57,853 nucleotides of DNA from a bacterium (GTDB lineage Bacteria; Desulfobacterota; DSWW01), in contig JBFLZG010000005.1 of NCBI GenBank assembly GCA_040756235.1, positions 37,997 to 95,849 on the forward strand, in the 5' to 3' direction. The position numbers and the translations under genes were made by a program. Below the pieces are notes generated by a model that ran no database searches, was not told the DNA's origin, and saw nothing but the letters and a program-made list of their open reading frames with translations. Position 1 is the first letter of the stretch; each line of letters starts with the position of its first letter. Of this stretch, positions 19,378 to 29,336 are shown in pieces.

Positions 19378-20154
19378 ATGCTTGACGACATCCTTTCCTG
19401 CAAGCGTGCCGAGGTGGCAAGGGCCAAGTCCGAACGGCCTCAGGCCGTGCTGGAAAGGATGATCGAGCGGCTCGGCCGGCCGCGCTCCCTGAAGGAGCGC
19501 CTCACGTCCGCAGAGGGCCCCCCGCACCGGATCGTGGCGGAGATCAAGAGGGCCTCTCCTTCCCGGGGGCCGCTCCGCCCGGAGCTGGATCCGGCCGACT
19601 ACGCCGCACGCTACGAGCGCGCGGGCGCTGCGGCCATTTCGGTGCTGACGGACGAGAAGTTCTTCCGGGGCTCCCTGGCCCACCTTGCGGCCGTCCGGGC
19701 GTGCGTGAAGATCCCCGTGCTGCGCAAGGACTTCCTCCTGGACGCCTATCAGGCAGTGGAGTCGCGTGCCGCCGGGGCGGACGCGGTCCTCCTCATCGTC
19801 CGCGTCCTGGATGATCGCGCGCTCGCATCCCTCCTGGCGGTTTCCCGCAGCCTGGGGATGGAGGCGCTCGTGGAAGTGCACAGCGAGAGCGACCTCGATC
19901 GGGCGCTCCGGACGGGCGGCGGGCTCATCGGCATCAACAACCGGGATCTTTCCACCTTCCGCGTGGATCTGGCAGTGACCGAGCGGCTGATGGCGCGGGT
20001 CCCGGACGGCATCCCGGTCGTCAGTTGCTCCGGAATCGGAAGTCGCGATGACGTCTCGCGCCTGAAGGCGCTGGGCGTCAAAGGCTTCCTCGTGGGGGAA
20101 TGCCTGGTCACGGCGGCCGATCCGGAGGCGAAGCTCAGGGAGCTGGCCGGATGA
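19378..20154 (+). CDS. trpC: Indole-3-glycerol phosphate synthase
   Basis: AEIKRASPSRG, ISVLTDEKFFRGS, LRKDF, LVEVH, GINNRDL. Confidence 0.96.
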   Translation: MLDDILSCKRAEVARAKSERPQAVLERMIERLGRPRSLKERLTSAEGPPHRIVAEIKRASPSRGPLRPELDPADYAARYERAGAAAISVLTDEKFFRGSLAHLAAVRACVKIPVLRKDFLLDAYQAVESRAAGADAVLLIVRVLDDRALASLLAVSRSLGMEALVEVHSESDLDRALRTGGGLIGINNRDLSTFRVDLAVTERLMARVPDGIPVVSCSGIGSRDDVSRLKALGVKGFLVGECLVTAADPEAKLRELAG

Positions 20155-20789
20155 CCCGGATCAAGATCTGCGGCATCACCCGATGGGATGACGCCGAGCG
20201 GGCCGCAGGGCTGGGGGTCGATGCACTCGGCTTCGTCTTCTGGCCTTCCAGCCCCAGGGCGATCGCGCCCGCAGCCGCCGCAGACATCATCCGGCGGCTG
20301 CCGCCTTTCGTGGTGCCGGTAGGCGTTTTCGTGGATGCGCCGCCGGACAGGATTTTCGCCACGATCGAGGCCTGCCGTCTGGGAGCGGTCCAGCTCCACG
20401 GGAACGAGGAGCCCGAGCTCTGCGGCCGCATCCCGGTCAAGGTGATCAAGGCTTTCCGGATCAGAGAGAGCACGCTTCCCGAAGAGATCGGGCGGTATGC
20501 CGTCGACGCGATCCTCCTCGATACCTTCCGCCCCGGCGTTGCGGGCGGCACCGGCTGCACGTTTCCCTGGGAAGTCGCGCGCCGGGCAAGAGCCTACGGC
20601 CGTGTCATCCTGGCCGGAGGCCTGACCCCGGAGAACGTGGGGCAGGCGATCGAGGCGGTGTCCCCCTACGCCGTCGACGTTTCCTCCGGGGTCGAAATCG
20701 AGCCGGGGAGAAAAGATCCGGCGCTCATGGCCGCCTTCGTCCGGGAGGTGAGAGACGCGCGTCGCCCTTCCGGCCGTGGCTCGCCATGA
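20151..20789 (+). CDS. trpF: Phosphoribosylanthranilate isomerase
   Basis: IKICGIT, LGFVF..SPR, VQLHG, LLDT...GGTG..F.W, LAGGLTPENV, VDVSSGVE. Confidence 0.96.
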   Translation: MTRIKICGITRWDDAERAAGLGVDALGFVFWPSSPRAIAPAAAADIIRRLPPFVVPVGVFVDAPPDRIFATIEACRLGAVQLHGNEEPELCGRIPVKVIKAFRIRESTLPEEIGRYAVDAILLDTFRPGVAGGTGCTFPWEVARRARAYGRVILAGGLTPENVGQAIEAVSPYAVDVSSGVEIEPGRKDPALMAAFVREVRDARRPSGRGSP

Positions 20790-23002
20790 GATCCGGGGGC
20801 CGCCCTCCCGCGCTCGAGCTCGCTCCTGCCGCACCCCGGGCCCGCGGCGCTGTCTCCACTTTCTGCCTCCTGGCTCTCCTTGCGGCAGGGCTGCTCGTTC
20901 CGGGCCGGGCCCTGGCCCAGGAGGGGAACGAGCCGGATGCGAGCACGACGAAGCCGTCGCCTCCTGTCCGGCTCGAGGCCTCGGATCTCACCCTGGACGC
21001 CCGCACTTGGACGGCCGTTGCCTCCGGAGACGTCAAGATCTCCTACGAGGAGACCACGCTCAATGCCGACGAGGTCTTCCTGGATCTGGAACACGAGGAA
21101 GCGCAGGCCCGCGGCCGGGTGCGGCTCTTGCGCGGAGACGATGTCCTGGAAGCCGATGCCCTCACGTTCCGATGGAAGGAAGAGACCGGCACCATCAGCG
21201 CTGGCAGACTCTCCTTCGGAGAAACCGGATATCACATCGAGGGAGAGTACCTGGAGAAGACCGGGCCGGACACGTATCTTCTCGAGGACGGGTCGTTCAC
21301 GACTTGCCGGTGTCCCTCTCCTGAGGACCGGCTGCCCTGGGTGCTCAAGGCCCGCAAGGCAGAGGTGACGATCGGAGGGATTGCCAAGGTCGAGAAGGCG
21401 ACCTTCCTGATCGCCAGGGTGCCCGTCCTGTATCTTCCCGCGGCCTACGTGCCGGTCAAGGTCCGCAGGGAAACCGGTCTTCTGCTCCCCCGCATCGGAC
21501 AGTCCTCCCGGCATGGATTCGAGTTCTCCATCCCGTTCTTCTGGGCGATCAACGCCAGCGCGGACTCGACGATCACCCTGAACGCCATGACCAAGAGAGG
21601 GGTGAAACCTGCGGCGGAGCTGCGGTACAGACCCACCCGGACGACCAGCGGGGAGTGGAACCTTGCCGCCTTCCAGGATCTGAAGGTCGACGAGGTCCGC
21701 TACGGCGTGACCGGCAGACACGTACAGAGACTGTCCGCCGCCTTTTACGACAAGATGGATGTCAACGTCGTTTCGGACAACGAGTACCTGGAGGATTTTC
21801 CGGGAGAGGTGGGGAACGCTTCCGACAGACTCGTGGAGAGCCAAGGGGAGCTGGGGTTCCGACGGGAGGGTTTCCACTCCACCCTGGAAGCCACCTACTC
21901 GGACCTGGTCGCCGAAACGGGCGGCCGGCGCGTGCCCCAGCGCGTGCCTCATCTGCACGCGAGCTTTCTTCGCCGACCCGTGGGCTTTCCCTGGCTGCTG
22001 GCAGGCTTGAGGTCGAACGCGACTCACTTCCTCACGGAAGAGGGCGACCGCAGAGGGCGCTACGACCTCCTGCCGGAGCTGTCCACCGTTTTTCCCCTCC
22101 GGCCCGGCCTGAGCCTGACGGCGCGCGGGGCGATGAGGGAGGTCCTCGCCTGGCAGGACTGGGACGACCGCACCTCCGAGGGTGCGGACAGCCGGACCTT
22201 GTTGGAGGCCGGCTCCGCGCTCGAAGCGACCCTGGGCAGGAGCTACCGCTGGCGGACCTACCGCTTGCTGCATCTGGTGCGGCCCCGCCTGCAGTACCAG
22301 TGGGTGCGGAAGATCGGAGGAGACCCCTTCCCGGTCGTGCTCGACGGCCTGGACGAGCTGGAGAAAAGGAACTGGCTGACGTACGGCATCGACAGCAGCG
22401 TCTGGGGGGGGCCGGAAGGAGGTGCCGGTCTGCCGGTCCTGAACGGGATGCTGGCATCGTTCTCGCTCTCCCAGAGCATCGATCTGGAACGGGATGCCGA
22501 CGTCTCGCCGAGCCGCAGGCTGTTCTCCGACGTGCTCCTGTCCGCGCGCCTGCGTCCCAGGCCGGCTCTCGGCCTTCTCATGGATCTGCAGGTCGACCCC
22601 TATCGGGCCGTCCTGCGCTTTCTCGAGACCGGATTGGGCTACGAGGAGAGCAAGGGCCGGATGGGGTTGCGCGTGAGCTATCTCTACCATCGCGCCCGTC
22701 TGGTGGACCCGATCACGCGGGTCGAGCTCTGGGACGCCTACACCCTCCTCTATCGGTTCGCCGGTATCGAGCCTACGGTCCACACCAGGATCGAGGGCCG
22801 GCTGCCGGACCAGTGGTCCGCTTCCCTGGACACCCTCTACCTGCTGGAATCCGCCGGGAAGTACGAGAACCGCTTGCTGGTGAAGTATCTGTCCGTCTGT
22901 CGGTGCTGGTCCGTGATCTTCGGGGTGCGCCAGACGGTCCGGCCCGACGACGTGAGCTTCTCGGTGCGGGTGCAGCTCGAAGGTCTCGGCGCCCAATTCT
23001 AG
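20786..23002 (+). CDS. lptD: LPS-assembly outer-membrane protein LptD
   Basis: Signal peptide, OstA-like beta-jellyroll, FTTC, VPVLYLP...RETGLLLP, C-terminal Cys pair and terminal F. Confidence 0.85.
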   Translation: MRSGGRPPALELAPAAPRARGAVSTFCLLALLAAGLLVPGRALAQEGNEPDASTTKPSPPVRLEASDLTLDARTWTAVASGDVKISYEETTLNADEVFLDLEHEEAQARGRVRLLRGDDVLEADALTFRWKEETGTISAGRLSFGETGYHIEGEYLEKTGPDTYLLEDGSFTTCRCPSPEDRLPWVLKARKAEVTIGGIAKVEKATFLIARVPVLYLPAAYVPVKVRRETGLLLPRIGQSSRHGFEFSIPFFWAINASADSTITLNAMTKRGVKPAAELRYRPTRTTSGEWNLAAFQDLKVDEVRYGVTGRHVQRLSAAFYDKMDVNVVSDNEYLEDFPGEVGNASDRLVESQGELGFRREGFHSTLEATYSDLVAETGGRRVPQRVPHLHASFLRRPVGFPWLLAGLRSNATHFLTEEGDRRGRYDLLPELSTVFPLRPGLSLTARGAMREVLAWQDWDDRTSEGADSRTLLEAGSALEATLGRSYRWRTYRLLHLVRPRLQYQWVRKIGGDPFPVVLDGLDELEKRNWLTYGIDSSVWGGPEGGAGLPVLNGMLASFSLSQSIDLERDADVSPSRRLFSDVLLSARLRPRPALGLLMDLQVDPYRAVLRFLETGLGYEESKGRMGLRVSYLYHRARLVDPITRVELWDAYTLLYRFAGIEPTVHTRIEGRLPDQWSASLDTLYLLESAGKYENRLLVKYLSVCRCWSVIFGVRQTVRPDDVSFSVRVQLEGLGAQF

Positions 23003-23247
23003 GCAGGCCGTTGAAAAAGGCCCATCAACTGCGTTGCGCTCATGGTGCATGGAGGTGGGGGGAGCCTGCCCCGGCGAAGGCCGGGGTCCCCTGTGCCTCC
23101 CTGTTAGGCCTCATTCCTCAGGATTTGACTCGCGCCGTCCATGGCGCTCGCCCTGCGGGCGCATCATCCTGGCGGATGATGCGCCCAATTCCGCTGTCCT
23201 GCGGAATTGTCGCGCGCCTTGCATCTGGACCTTTTTGAACGGCCTGC
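23003..23247 (+). mobile_element. MITE family A copy 2, with two nested inserts
   Basis: TIRs GCAGGCCGTTGAAAAAG / CTTTTTGAACGGCCTGC (16/17); core GCGTTGCGCTCA...CCTCATTCCTCAGGATTT...CGCGCGCCTTGCATCTGG. Confidence 0.8.
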
Positions 23248-23272
23248 ACATTCTGGGCCTCCCGGCTCGGGC

Positions 23273-23300
23273 TTGACGGGAGCGGGGGGCATGGCATAAT
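23273..23300 (+). promoter_or_regulatory. Putative sigma70 promoter for the rmlB cluster
   Basis: TTGACG, 16 bp spacer, TGg-CATAAT. Confidence 0.5.
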
Positions 23301-23412
23301 CAGGAAGGTTTTTTTTCGAATTTTGCCAGACTTCACGGGACCTTTTCTTCCCCCGCCCAAGGAATCTGCCTGAGATGACGTACCAGGATGCCTCGATCAA
23401 GGTGACTATCCG

Positions 23413-24426
23413 ATGAAATTGCTGGTTACCGGCGGAGCCGGATTCATCGGCTCGAACTTCATCCGAGCCATGAGGGAGACGCATCCGGACTGCGTCATCG
23501 TCAACCTCGACCTTCTCACTTACGCCGGCAATCTCGAGAACCTCTCCGGCCTCGAACGCGATCCGGGCTACCGATTCGTAAAAGGCGACGTCGCGGATCG
23601 AGCCCTGGTGGGCCGACTGCTCGCCGAGGGAATCGATGCGATCGTGAACTTTGCGGCGGAAAGCCACGTGGACCGCAGCATCGAGGCCCCGCTGGATTTC
23701 GTGAGGACGAACGTGATGGGCACCCAGGTCCTGCTGGACGGGGCGCTCCGGCACGGGGTCTCGCGTTTCGTCCAGGTCTCGACCGACGAGGTCTACGGCT
23801 CGCTGGGTCGTGAGGGGAAGTTCCGGGAAGAGACCCCCCTGGAGCCCAACAGCCCCTATTCGGCGACGAAAGCGGCTGCGGATCTCCTGGCCAGGGCTTA
23901 CTGGAAGACTTACGGGCTGCCCGTCTTGGTCACGCGCTGCTCGAACAATTACGGCCCTTATCAGTTCCCGGAGAAGCTGATCCCTCTGTTCATCACCAAC
24001 GCTCTGGCCGACCAGCCTCTTCCCGTTTACGGGGACGGGCTCTATGTGCGGGACTGGATCTACGTCCGCGACCATTGCGATGCCCTGGACCGGGTGCTCC
24101 ATGCCGGCGAGCCGGGTGCCGTTTACAACGTCGGCGCCGATCAGGAGAGGACGAATCTCGAGATCACCCGCGTCATCCTGGAGGCACTCGGGAAACCCCC
24201 GTCCCTGATCCGGTACGTCAAGGACCGGCCCGGCCACGACCGGCGTTACGCCATCGACAGCTCCAGAATCCGGCGGGAGCTCGGCTGGAGCCCGCGGACC
24301 GGCTTCGAAGAGGGGATGAGCCGGACCATCCGCTGGTACCTCGACCACGAGGGCTGGTGGAGGAAGATCAAGACCGGGGAGTACCGAGTCTATTATGAGC
24401 GCATGTACGGCCATCGGCTGGATTAG
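23413..24426 (+). CDS. rmlB: dTDP-glucose 4,6-dehydratase
   Basis: [66 protein letters not shown]. Confidence 0.96.
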   Translation: MKLLVTGGAGFIGSNFIRAMRETHPDCVIVNLDLLTYAGNLENLSGLERDPGYRFVKGDVADRALVGRLLAEGIDAIVNFAAESHVDRSIEAPLDFVRTNVMGTQVLLDGALRHGVSRFVQVSTDEVYGSLGREGKFREETPLEPNSPYSATKAAADLLARAYWKTYGLPVLVTRCSNNYGPYQFPEKLIPLFITNALADQPLPVYGDGLYVRDWIYVRDHCDALDRVLHAGEPGAVYNVGADQERTNLEITRVILEALGKPPSLIRYVKDRPGHDRRYAIDSSRIRRELGWSPRTGFEEGMSRTIRWYLDHEGWWRKIKTGEYRVYYERMYGHRLD

Positions 24427-24444
24427 AAGCCGGGCCGGGAACAG

Positions 24445-25332
24445 ATGTTCGTCACGAGGCACAGTCTCTTGAAGATCCTGGTCGCCGGCAGCAAGGGGAT
24501 GCTGGGAACGGACCTGGTGGAGGTCCTCGGTCTCGCGCATTCGGTCATCGGCGTCGACATCGACGAGTTGGACATCACGGATCGGCAAGCCGTCGAGGAG
24601 CGGATCGGGGGCTGGTCGCCCGATCTGGTGATCAATGCGGCGGCCTACACGGACGTGGACGCGAGCGAACGAGAGCCGGCCCTCGCCTTGCGCATCAATG
24701 CGGAAGGGGTGGAGAACCTCGCACTGGCGTGCCGCTCCATGGGGGTACGCCTCATTCATCTGAGCACCGATTACGTCTTTGACGGGAAGAAGGCCTCACC
24801 GTACGTCGAATCGGATCGGCCCCATCCGATGGGCGCGTACGGGAAGTCCAAATGGGAAGGGGAGCAGAGGGCCCGCCGGATCGAGCCCGAGGTCTGTATC
24901 GTGCGGACGGCCTGGCTATACGGCCAGCGGGGTCGCAACTTCGTGCGCTCGATCCTCGAGCAGTCGGAAAAGACCCGGACGCTCCGGGTGGTCCGGGACC
25001 AGACCGGCTCGCCCACCTACACGCGGGACCTGGCCCAGGCGCTCAAGGTCGTAGCGGAAAAGCGGCTCGCGGGCGTCTATCACGTGACCAACCAGGGCTC
25101 CTGCACCTGGTTCGACTTTGCCCGGAAGATCCTGGAGCTGGCCGGGCGGCAGGATGTGGACGTGGTGCCGATCTCGACCGAGGAGCTCGGCCGATCCGCT
25201 CCGCGGCCGTCCCGCTCGGTCCTGGACTGCACGAAGTTCCAGCGGGACTCAGGCCTCGCGCTGCGGGAATGGCCGGAGGCCTTGCGCGCCTGCCTGCTGT
25301 CCACACAGGGGGCGTCGAAGAACACCCACTGA
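24445..25332 (+). CDS. rmlD: dTDP-4-dehydrorhamnose reductase
   Basis: GSKGMLG, NAAAYTDVD, STDYVFDG, YGKSK, DQTGSPT; start may be TTG 24469. Confidence 0.94.
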   Translation: MFVTRHSLLKILVAGSKGMLGTDLVEVLGLAHSVIGVDIDELDITDRQAVEERIGGWSPDLVINAAAYTDVDASEREPALALRINAEGVENLALACRSMGVRLIHLSTDYVFDGKKASPYVESDRPHPMGAYGKSKWEGEQRARRIEPEVCIVRTAWLYGQRGRNFVRSILEQSEKTRTLRVVRDQTGSPTYTRDLAQALKVVAEKRLAGVYHVTNQGSCTWFDFARKILELAGRQDVDVVPISTEELGRSAPRPSRSVLDCTKFQRDSGLALREWPEALRACLLSTQGASKNTH

Positions 25333-25372
25333 AGAGGCTGGTGAGAAATGGCGCGATGCAAGGCGCGCGAAG
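25308..25372 (-). mobile_element. MITE family A partial copy 5
   Basis: AGAGGCTGGTGAGAAAT is the exact reverse complement of the 38764 copy's right end; followed by GATGCAAGGCGCGCGAA; degenerate flanking hairpin overlaps rmlD stop. Confidence 0.7.
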
Positions 25373-25375
25373 AAG

Positions 25376-25510
25376 TCGTCGGTTCTCAGTCTTCAGTTGT
25401 CAGCCCCAGGCCCGGAAGACCCGAAAGGATACGGCGGACTTTGGGCATCGGTGTGGCACAAGCCGTCCTTCCTCTCTTGCTGACGGCTGGCAACTGGCGG
25501 CTGACAACTC
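25376..25510. repeat. Inverted heptamer-repeat element
   Basis: GTTCTCA-GTCTTCA-GTTGTCA on the left, CTGACGG-CTGGCAA-CTGGCGG-CTGACAA on the right. Confidence 0.65.
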
Positions 25511-25535
25511 ACCCAGGGAGTGAGGGAATCTGCCA

Positions 25536-26492
25536 ATGAAGCGCGTTCTGATCACAGGGGGCGCCGGGTTCATCGGGTCGTATCTGTGCGAGCGGTTCCT
25601 GGAGGAGGGATGTGAAGTCATCTGCATGGACAACCTCCTGACCGGTTCGCTGGACAACATCGCACGGCTCTTCGAGAACGAGCGTTTCCTGTTCATCAAG
25701 CAGGACGTCACGAACTACATCCACGTCAAGGGCGACCTCCACTACATTCTCCATTTCGCCTCTCCGGCGAGCCCCATCGACTACCTCAACTATCCGATCC
25801 AGACCCTCAAGGTCGGCTCCCTGGGCACCCACAAGGCCCTGGGGCTCGCCAAGGAAAAGGGGGCCCGGTTCCTGCTGGCCTCCACGTCGGAGGTCTACGG
25901 GGATCCTCTGGTCCACCCGCAACGGGAGGACTATTGGGGCAACGTGAACCCGATCGGCCCGCGCGGGGTCTATGATGAGGCCAAGCGTTTTGCCGAGGCG
26001 ATGACCATGGCCTATCACAGGAGCCACGGCCTGGACACTCGGATCGTTCGCATCTTCAACACCTACGGCCCGAGGATGCGGGTCGATGACGGCAGGGTCG
26101 TGCCCACCTTCATCGCCCAGGCGTTGCGCGGCGAGGACCTGACCGTGTTCGGGGACGGCTCTCAGACGAGGAGCTTCTGCTATGCCACCGACCTCGTGGA
26201 GGGCATTACTCGTCTCTTGCTCCGATCGGACCATCACGGCCCGGTCAACCTGGGGAATCCCACGGAGATGTCGGTCCTCAAGTTCGCCGAGGCGATCCTC
26301 GCGCTGACGCAATCGAAGAGCCGGATCGTGTTCCGCAGCCTTCCGGTGGATGATCCGAAGGTGCGACGGCCGGATATATCTCTGGCCAGAAAGTTGCTCG
26401 ACTGGCAGCCGCAGGTCCCCCTTGAAGAAGGGCTCCGCAAGAGCCTCGATTACTTCGGACAGAACCTGGGACGGATCCAGAAGGGGAAGTAG
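25536..26492 (+). CDS. UDP-glucuronate decarboxylase (UDP-xylose synthase) family SDR
   Basis: [55 protein letters not shown]. Confidence 0.92.
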   Translation: MKRVLITGGAGFIGSYLCERFLEEGCEVICMDNLLTGSLDNIARLFENERFLFIKQDVTNYIHVKGDLHYILHFASPASPIDYLNYPIQTLKVGSLGTHKALGLAKEKGARFLLASTSEVYGDPLVHPQREDYWGNVNPIGPRGVYDEAKRFAEAMTMAYHRSHGLDTRIVRIFNTYGPRMRVDDGRVVPTFIAQALRGEDLTVFGDGSQTRSFCYATDLVEGITRLLLRSDHHGPVNLGNPTEMSVLKFAEAILALTQSKSRIVFRSLPVDDPKVRRPDISLARKLLDWQPQVPLEEGLRKSLDYFGQNLGRIQKGK

Positions 26493-26499
26493 AAGAGAC

Positions 26500-27111
26500 A
26501 TGTCGAACCCGAAAACGCGACAGAAATCGGCTCTTCGCGAATACGCCGAAGCGATTCTCGTGGCCCTGGTACTGGCCTTCTTCATCCGCTCGTTCATCAT
26601 TCAGGCTTTCAAGATCCCCTCCGGCTCCATGATCCCCACGCTGCTCATCGGCGACCACATCCTGGTGAACAAGTTCATCTTCGGCCCTGAGGTCCCCTTA
26701 ACGCATTTCCGGGTGTTTTCCTACAAGAAGCCGCAACGAGGCGACGTGGTGGTCTTCCTCGAGCCGGTGGAGCGGAAGCGGGACTTCATCAAGAGGGTGA
26801 TCGGCCTTCCGGGAGAGACCCTGCAGGTCATCCAGCGGAAGGTCTACATCAACGGAGCCCCCCTGGACGAATCGGGCTACGCCTACTTCGACTCGGTTCC
26901 GGCCACCAGTCTGGACAACTTCGGCCCGTACGAGATCCCGGAAGACAGCTACTTCATGATGGGAGACAACCGGGAGAACAGCTCGGACAGCCGGGTCTGG
27001 GGATCGGTGCCGTTCGAGCTGATCAAGGGCGAGGCCGTCCTGATCTACTGGTCCTGGGACTCCAACGATCACAGTCTGCGTTGGTCCCGGATCGGCGATA
27101 TCATTCACTGA
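26500..27111 (+). CDS. lepB: Signal peptidase I
   Basis: IPSGSMIPTL (catalytic Ser), FIKRVIGLPG (Lys), GDNRENSSDSR. Confidence 0.96.
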   Translation: MSNPKTRQKSALREYAEAILVALVLAFFIRSFIIQAFKIPSGSMIPTLLIGDHILVNKFIFGPEVPLTHFRVFSYKKPQRGDVVVFLEPVERKRDFIKRVIGLPGETLQVIQRKVYINGAPLDESGYAYFDSVPATSLDNFGPYEIPEDSYFMMGDNRENSSDSRVWGSVPFELIKGEAVLIYWSWDSNDHSLRWSRIGDIIH

Positions 27112-27172
27112 ACGCCCGGCCCGCCGTTTCCCGCGGCGATCCCCCAATCCCTGCGACAATCGGAAGCAAACC

Positions 27173-28528
27173 GTGAGCGCCGCCACGCCCTCTGACGACT
27201 TTCTGTTCACGAACGGTTTCCTCTGCGACCCGGCTTCCGGCATCGCGGGCCGGAGAGACCTGCTCGTGCGGGACGGCCGCGTGCAGGCGGTGGGGCATTC
27301 CCTGGAGCCTTTCTCCCGGTGGAAAAGGCCAGCGAGCCGTCTCTGGATCTACGACCTCGACGGCCTCTGCCTGCTGCCGGGTCTCGTGGACATCCACACC
27401 CATTTGCGCGTGCCGGGCCAGGAGCACAAGGAAACCCTCCTCACCGGCACCCAGGCGGCAGCGGCCGGCGGGTTCACGACGATCCTGGCCATGCCCAACA
27501 CGCGGCCTTGCGTGGATCGGGTCCGGGTCCTGCGTTCCCTCCAGGGGCGCATCCGCCGGGAAGCAGTGGTCCGTGTCCTCCCCGTGGCAGCGGTCACCCG
27601 CGGCGAGAGAGGAAAACGGCTTGCGCCGATCGAGGAGCTGAGGGCACAGGGGGCGGTCGCCTTCTCGGACGATGGCGCGCCCGTTGCGGACGCCCGGCTC
27701 ATGCGGGAGGCGCTGAAAGCCGTGCTCCCGCTCGGCTGCCCGGTGATCTCGCACTGCGAGGATCCTGCGCTCTTCTCGGGCGGCGTCGTCCAGGAAGGGC
27801 CGGTGGCCGAGCGGCTGGGCCTTCCGGGGATCCCCGGCGCGGCCGAAGAGGTGATGGTCGCCCGGGACTTGTGCCTGGCAGCCGAAACCGGTGCGCGTCT
27901 CCATCTGGCGCACCTGAGCACCGCGAGGTCCCTGTGCATGGTCCGCCTGGCCAAGGAGAGAGGGGTCGCCGTCACGGCCGAAGTGACGCCTCACCATTTC
28001 TCCCTGACCGAGGAGGCGGTGTTCGCAAGCGGGGCGAACGCCAAGATGAACCCGCCTCTGCGGCCGGAGCGAGACCGGCAGGCCCTCATCGAGGGACTGC
28101 GGGACGGGACCGTGGACGCCGTGGCGAGCGACCACGCCCCCCATCATCCGGAGGAGAAGGCGCAACCCCTGGATCGGGCGCCTTACGGGGTCATCGGGCT
28201 CGAGACCACGGTGCCCCTCGTCTTCTCCCTCGTCCACCTGGGGACGCTTCCGCTGGAGCGGGCAGTGGAGTTGCTCACGATCGGGCCGGCGAGGGTGATG
28301 GGCCTTGCGGCGGGCGTTCTGGGGGAGGGCCGGCCGGCGGACCTGGTCGCGGTCGACCGGGAGCGGGAGTATCGCGTGGATGTCCGCTCGTTCCGGTCCA
28401 AGGCCAGGAACTGCCCGTTCGACGGCAGGCCCGTACGGGGCAAGGTGGTCCTGACCATGGTCGGCGGCAGGGTCGTGTTCGAGGAGGGGGAGGCGTTTTC
28501 AGGCCCCAAACGGCAGCTTTGCGGCTAG
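27173..28528 (+). CDS. pyrC: Dihydroorotase (long, amidohydrolase type)
   Basis: DIHTHLR, AGGFTT..MPNT, FSDDG, HCED, EVTPHH, KMNPPLR, SDHAPH. Confidence 0.92.
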   Translation: MSAATPSDDFLFTNGFLCDPASGIAGRRDLLVRDGRVQAVGHSLEPFSRWKRPASRLWIYDLDGLCLLPGLVDIHTHLRVPGQEHKETLLTGTQAAAAGGFTTILAMPNTRPCVDRVRVLRSLQGRIRREAVVRVLPVAAVTRGERGKRLAPIEELRAQGAVAFSDDGAPVADARLMREALKAVLPLGCPVISHCEDPALFSGGVVQEGPVAERLGLPGIPGAAEEVMVARDLCLAAETGARLHLAHLSTARSLCMVRLAKERGVAVTAEVTPHHFSLTEEAVFASGANAKMNPPLRPERDRQALIEGLRDGTVDAVASDHAPHHPEEKAQPLDRAPYGVIGLETTVPLVFSLVHLGTLPLERAVELLTIGPARVMGLAAGVLGEGRPADLVAVDREREYRVDVRSFRSKARNCPFDGRPVRGKVVLTMVGGRVVFEEGEAFSGPKRQLCG

Positions 28529-28679
28529 GCGGCGGCTTGGCGCCGAAGCCGACCTGCCGCCGGGGCTTTCACCCTTGCCCTCCGGTTCTGCATCTACACA
28601 TGGAGCGCCGCGGCGCGCTGAGCACGGGTGCAATGCAGCGGATGGCCGCTCGGGCGGTCTCCTGCGCGGAGAGGAGAAG

Positions 28680-29150
28680 ATGAGCAAGTTCCCGATGACA
28701 CAGGAAGGGCACGAGCAGCTCAAACAGGAGCTGAAGCGGCTCAGGACGCGTGACAGGATCCAGGTCGCCCGCGAGATCGAAGCGGCCCGGGCCCACGGCG
28801 ATATCAGTGAGAACGCTGAGTACGAGGCAGCCAAGGACAAGCAGGGGTTGCTCGAGGCCAAGATCCGGGACCTCGAGAGCAAGCTGGCCAACGCCCAGAT
28901 CATCGACCTCAGGAACATGAAGTCGGAGAAGGTCGTGTTCGGCGCGACCGTCGTCCTGGAAGATCTGGACACGGAAGAGACCCTGCGTCTGCAGATCGTC
29001 GGGCAGGACGAGGCCGACGCCAAGGCCGGGAAGATATCGGTCCATGCTCCGATCGCGCGGGCGCTCATCGGCAAGAGGATCGAGGACTCCGTCGTGGTCA
29101 AGACGCCCGGGGGTACGAAGAATTACGAAGTCAAGGAGATCCTGTTCTGA
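28680..29150 (+). CDS. greA: Transcription elongation factor GreA
   Basis: ARAHGDISENAEY, VFGATV, ISVHAPIARALIGK; SD GAGGAG. Confidence 0.96.
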   Translation: MSKFPMTQEGHEQLKQELKRLRTRDRIQVAREIEAARAHGDISENAEYEAAKDKQGLLEAKIRDLESKLANAQIIDLRNMKSEKVVFGATVVLEDLDTEETLRLQIVGQDEADAKAGKISVHAPIARALIGKRIEDSVVVKTPGGTKNYEVKEILF

Positions 29151-29336
29151 GCGGACTCCCCCAAGACTCTGAAGAAGAGGAGGCCTTCTGTCCCGCACCT
29201 TGGCCCCGTACCTTTGAAGTCTTTGGCTCCCCCCGGGGTCAACCGGAAAGGGCAATCTGCCGATGCATGTAGGAACGGGTGCGCGGCCGGCAGAAGACCG
29301 AGTACAGGAGATGGCCCGGAGCTCGAGGGGAAAGAT

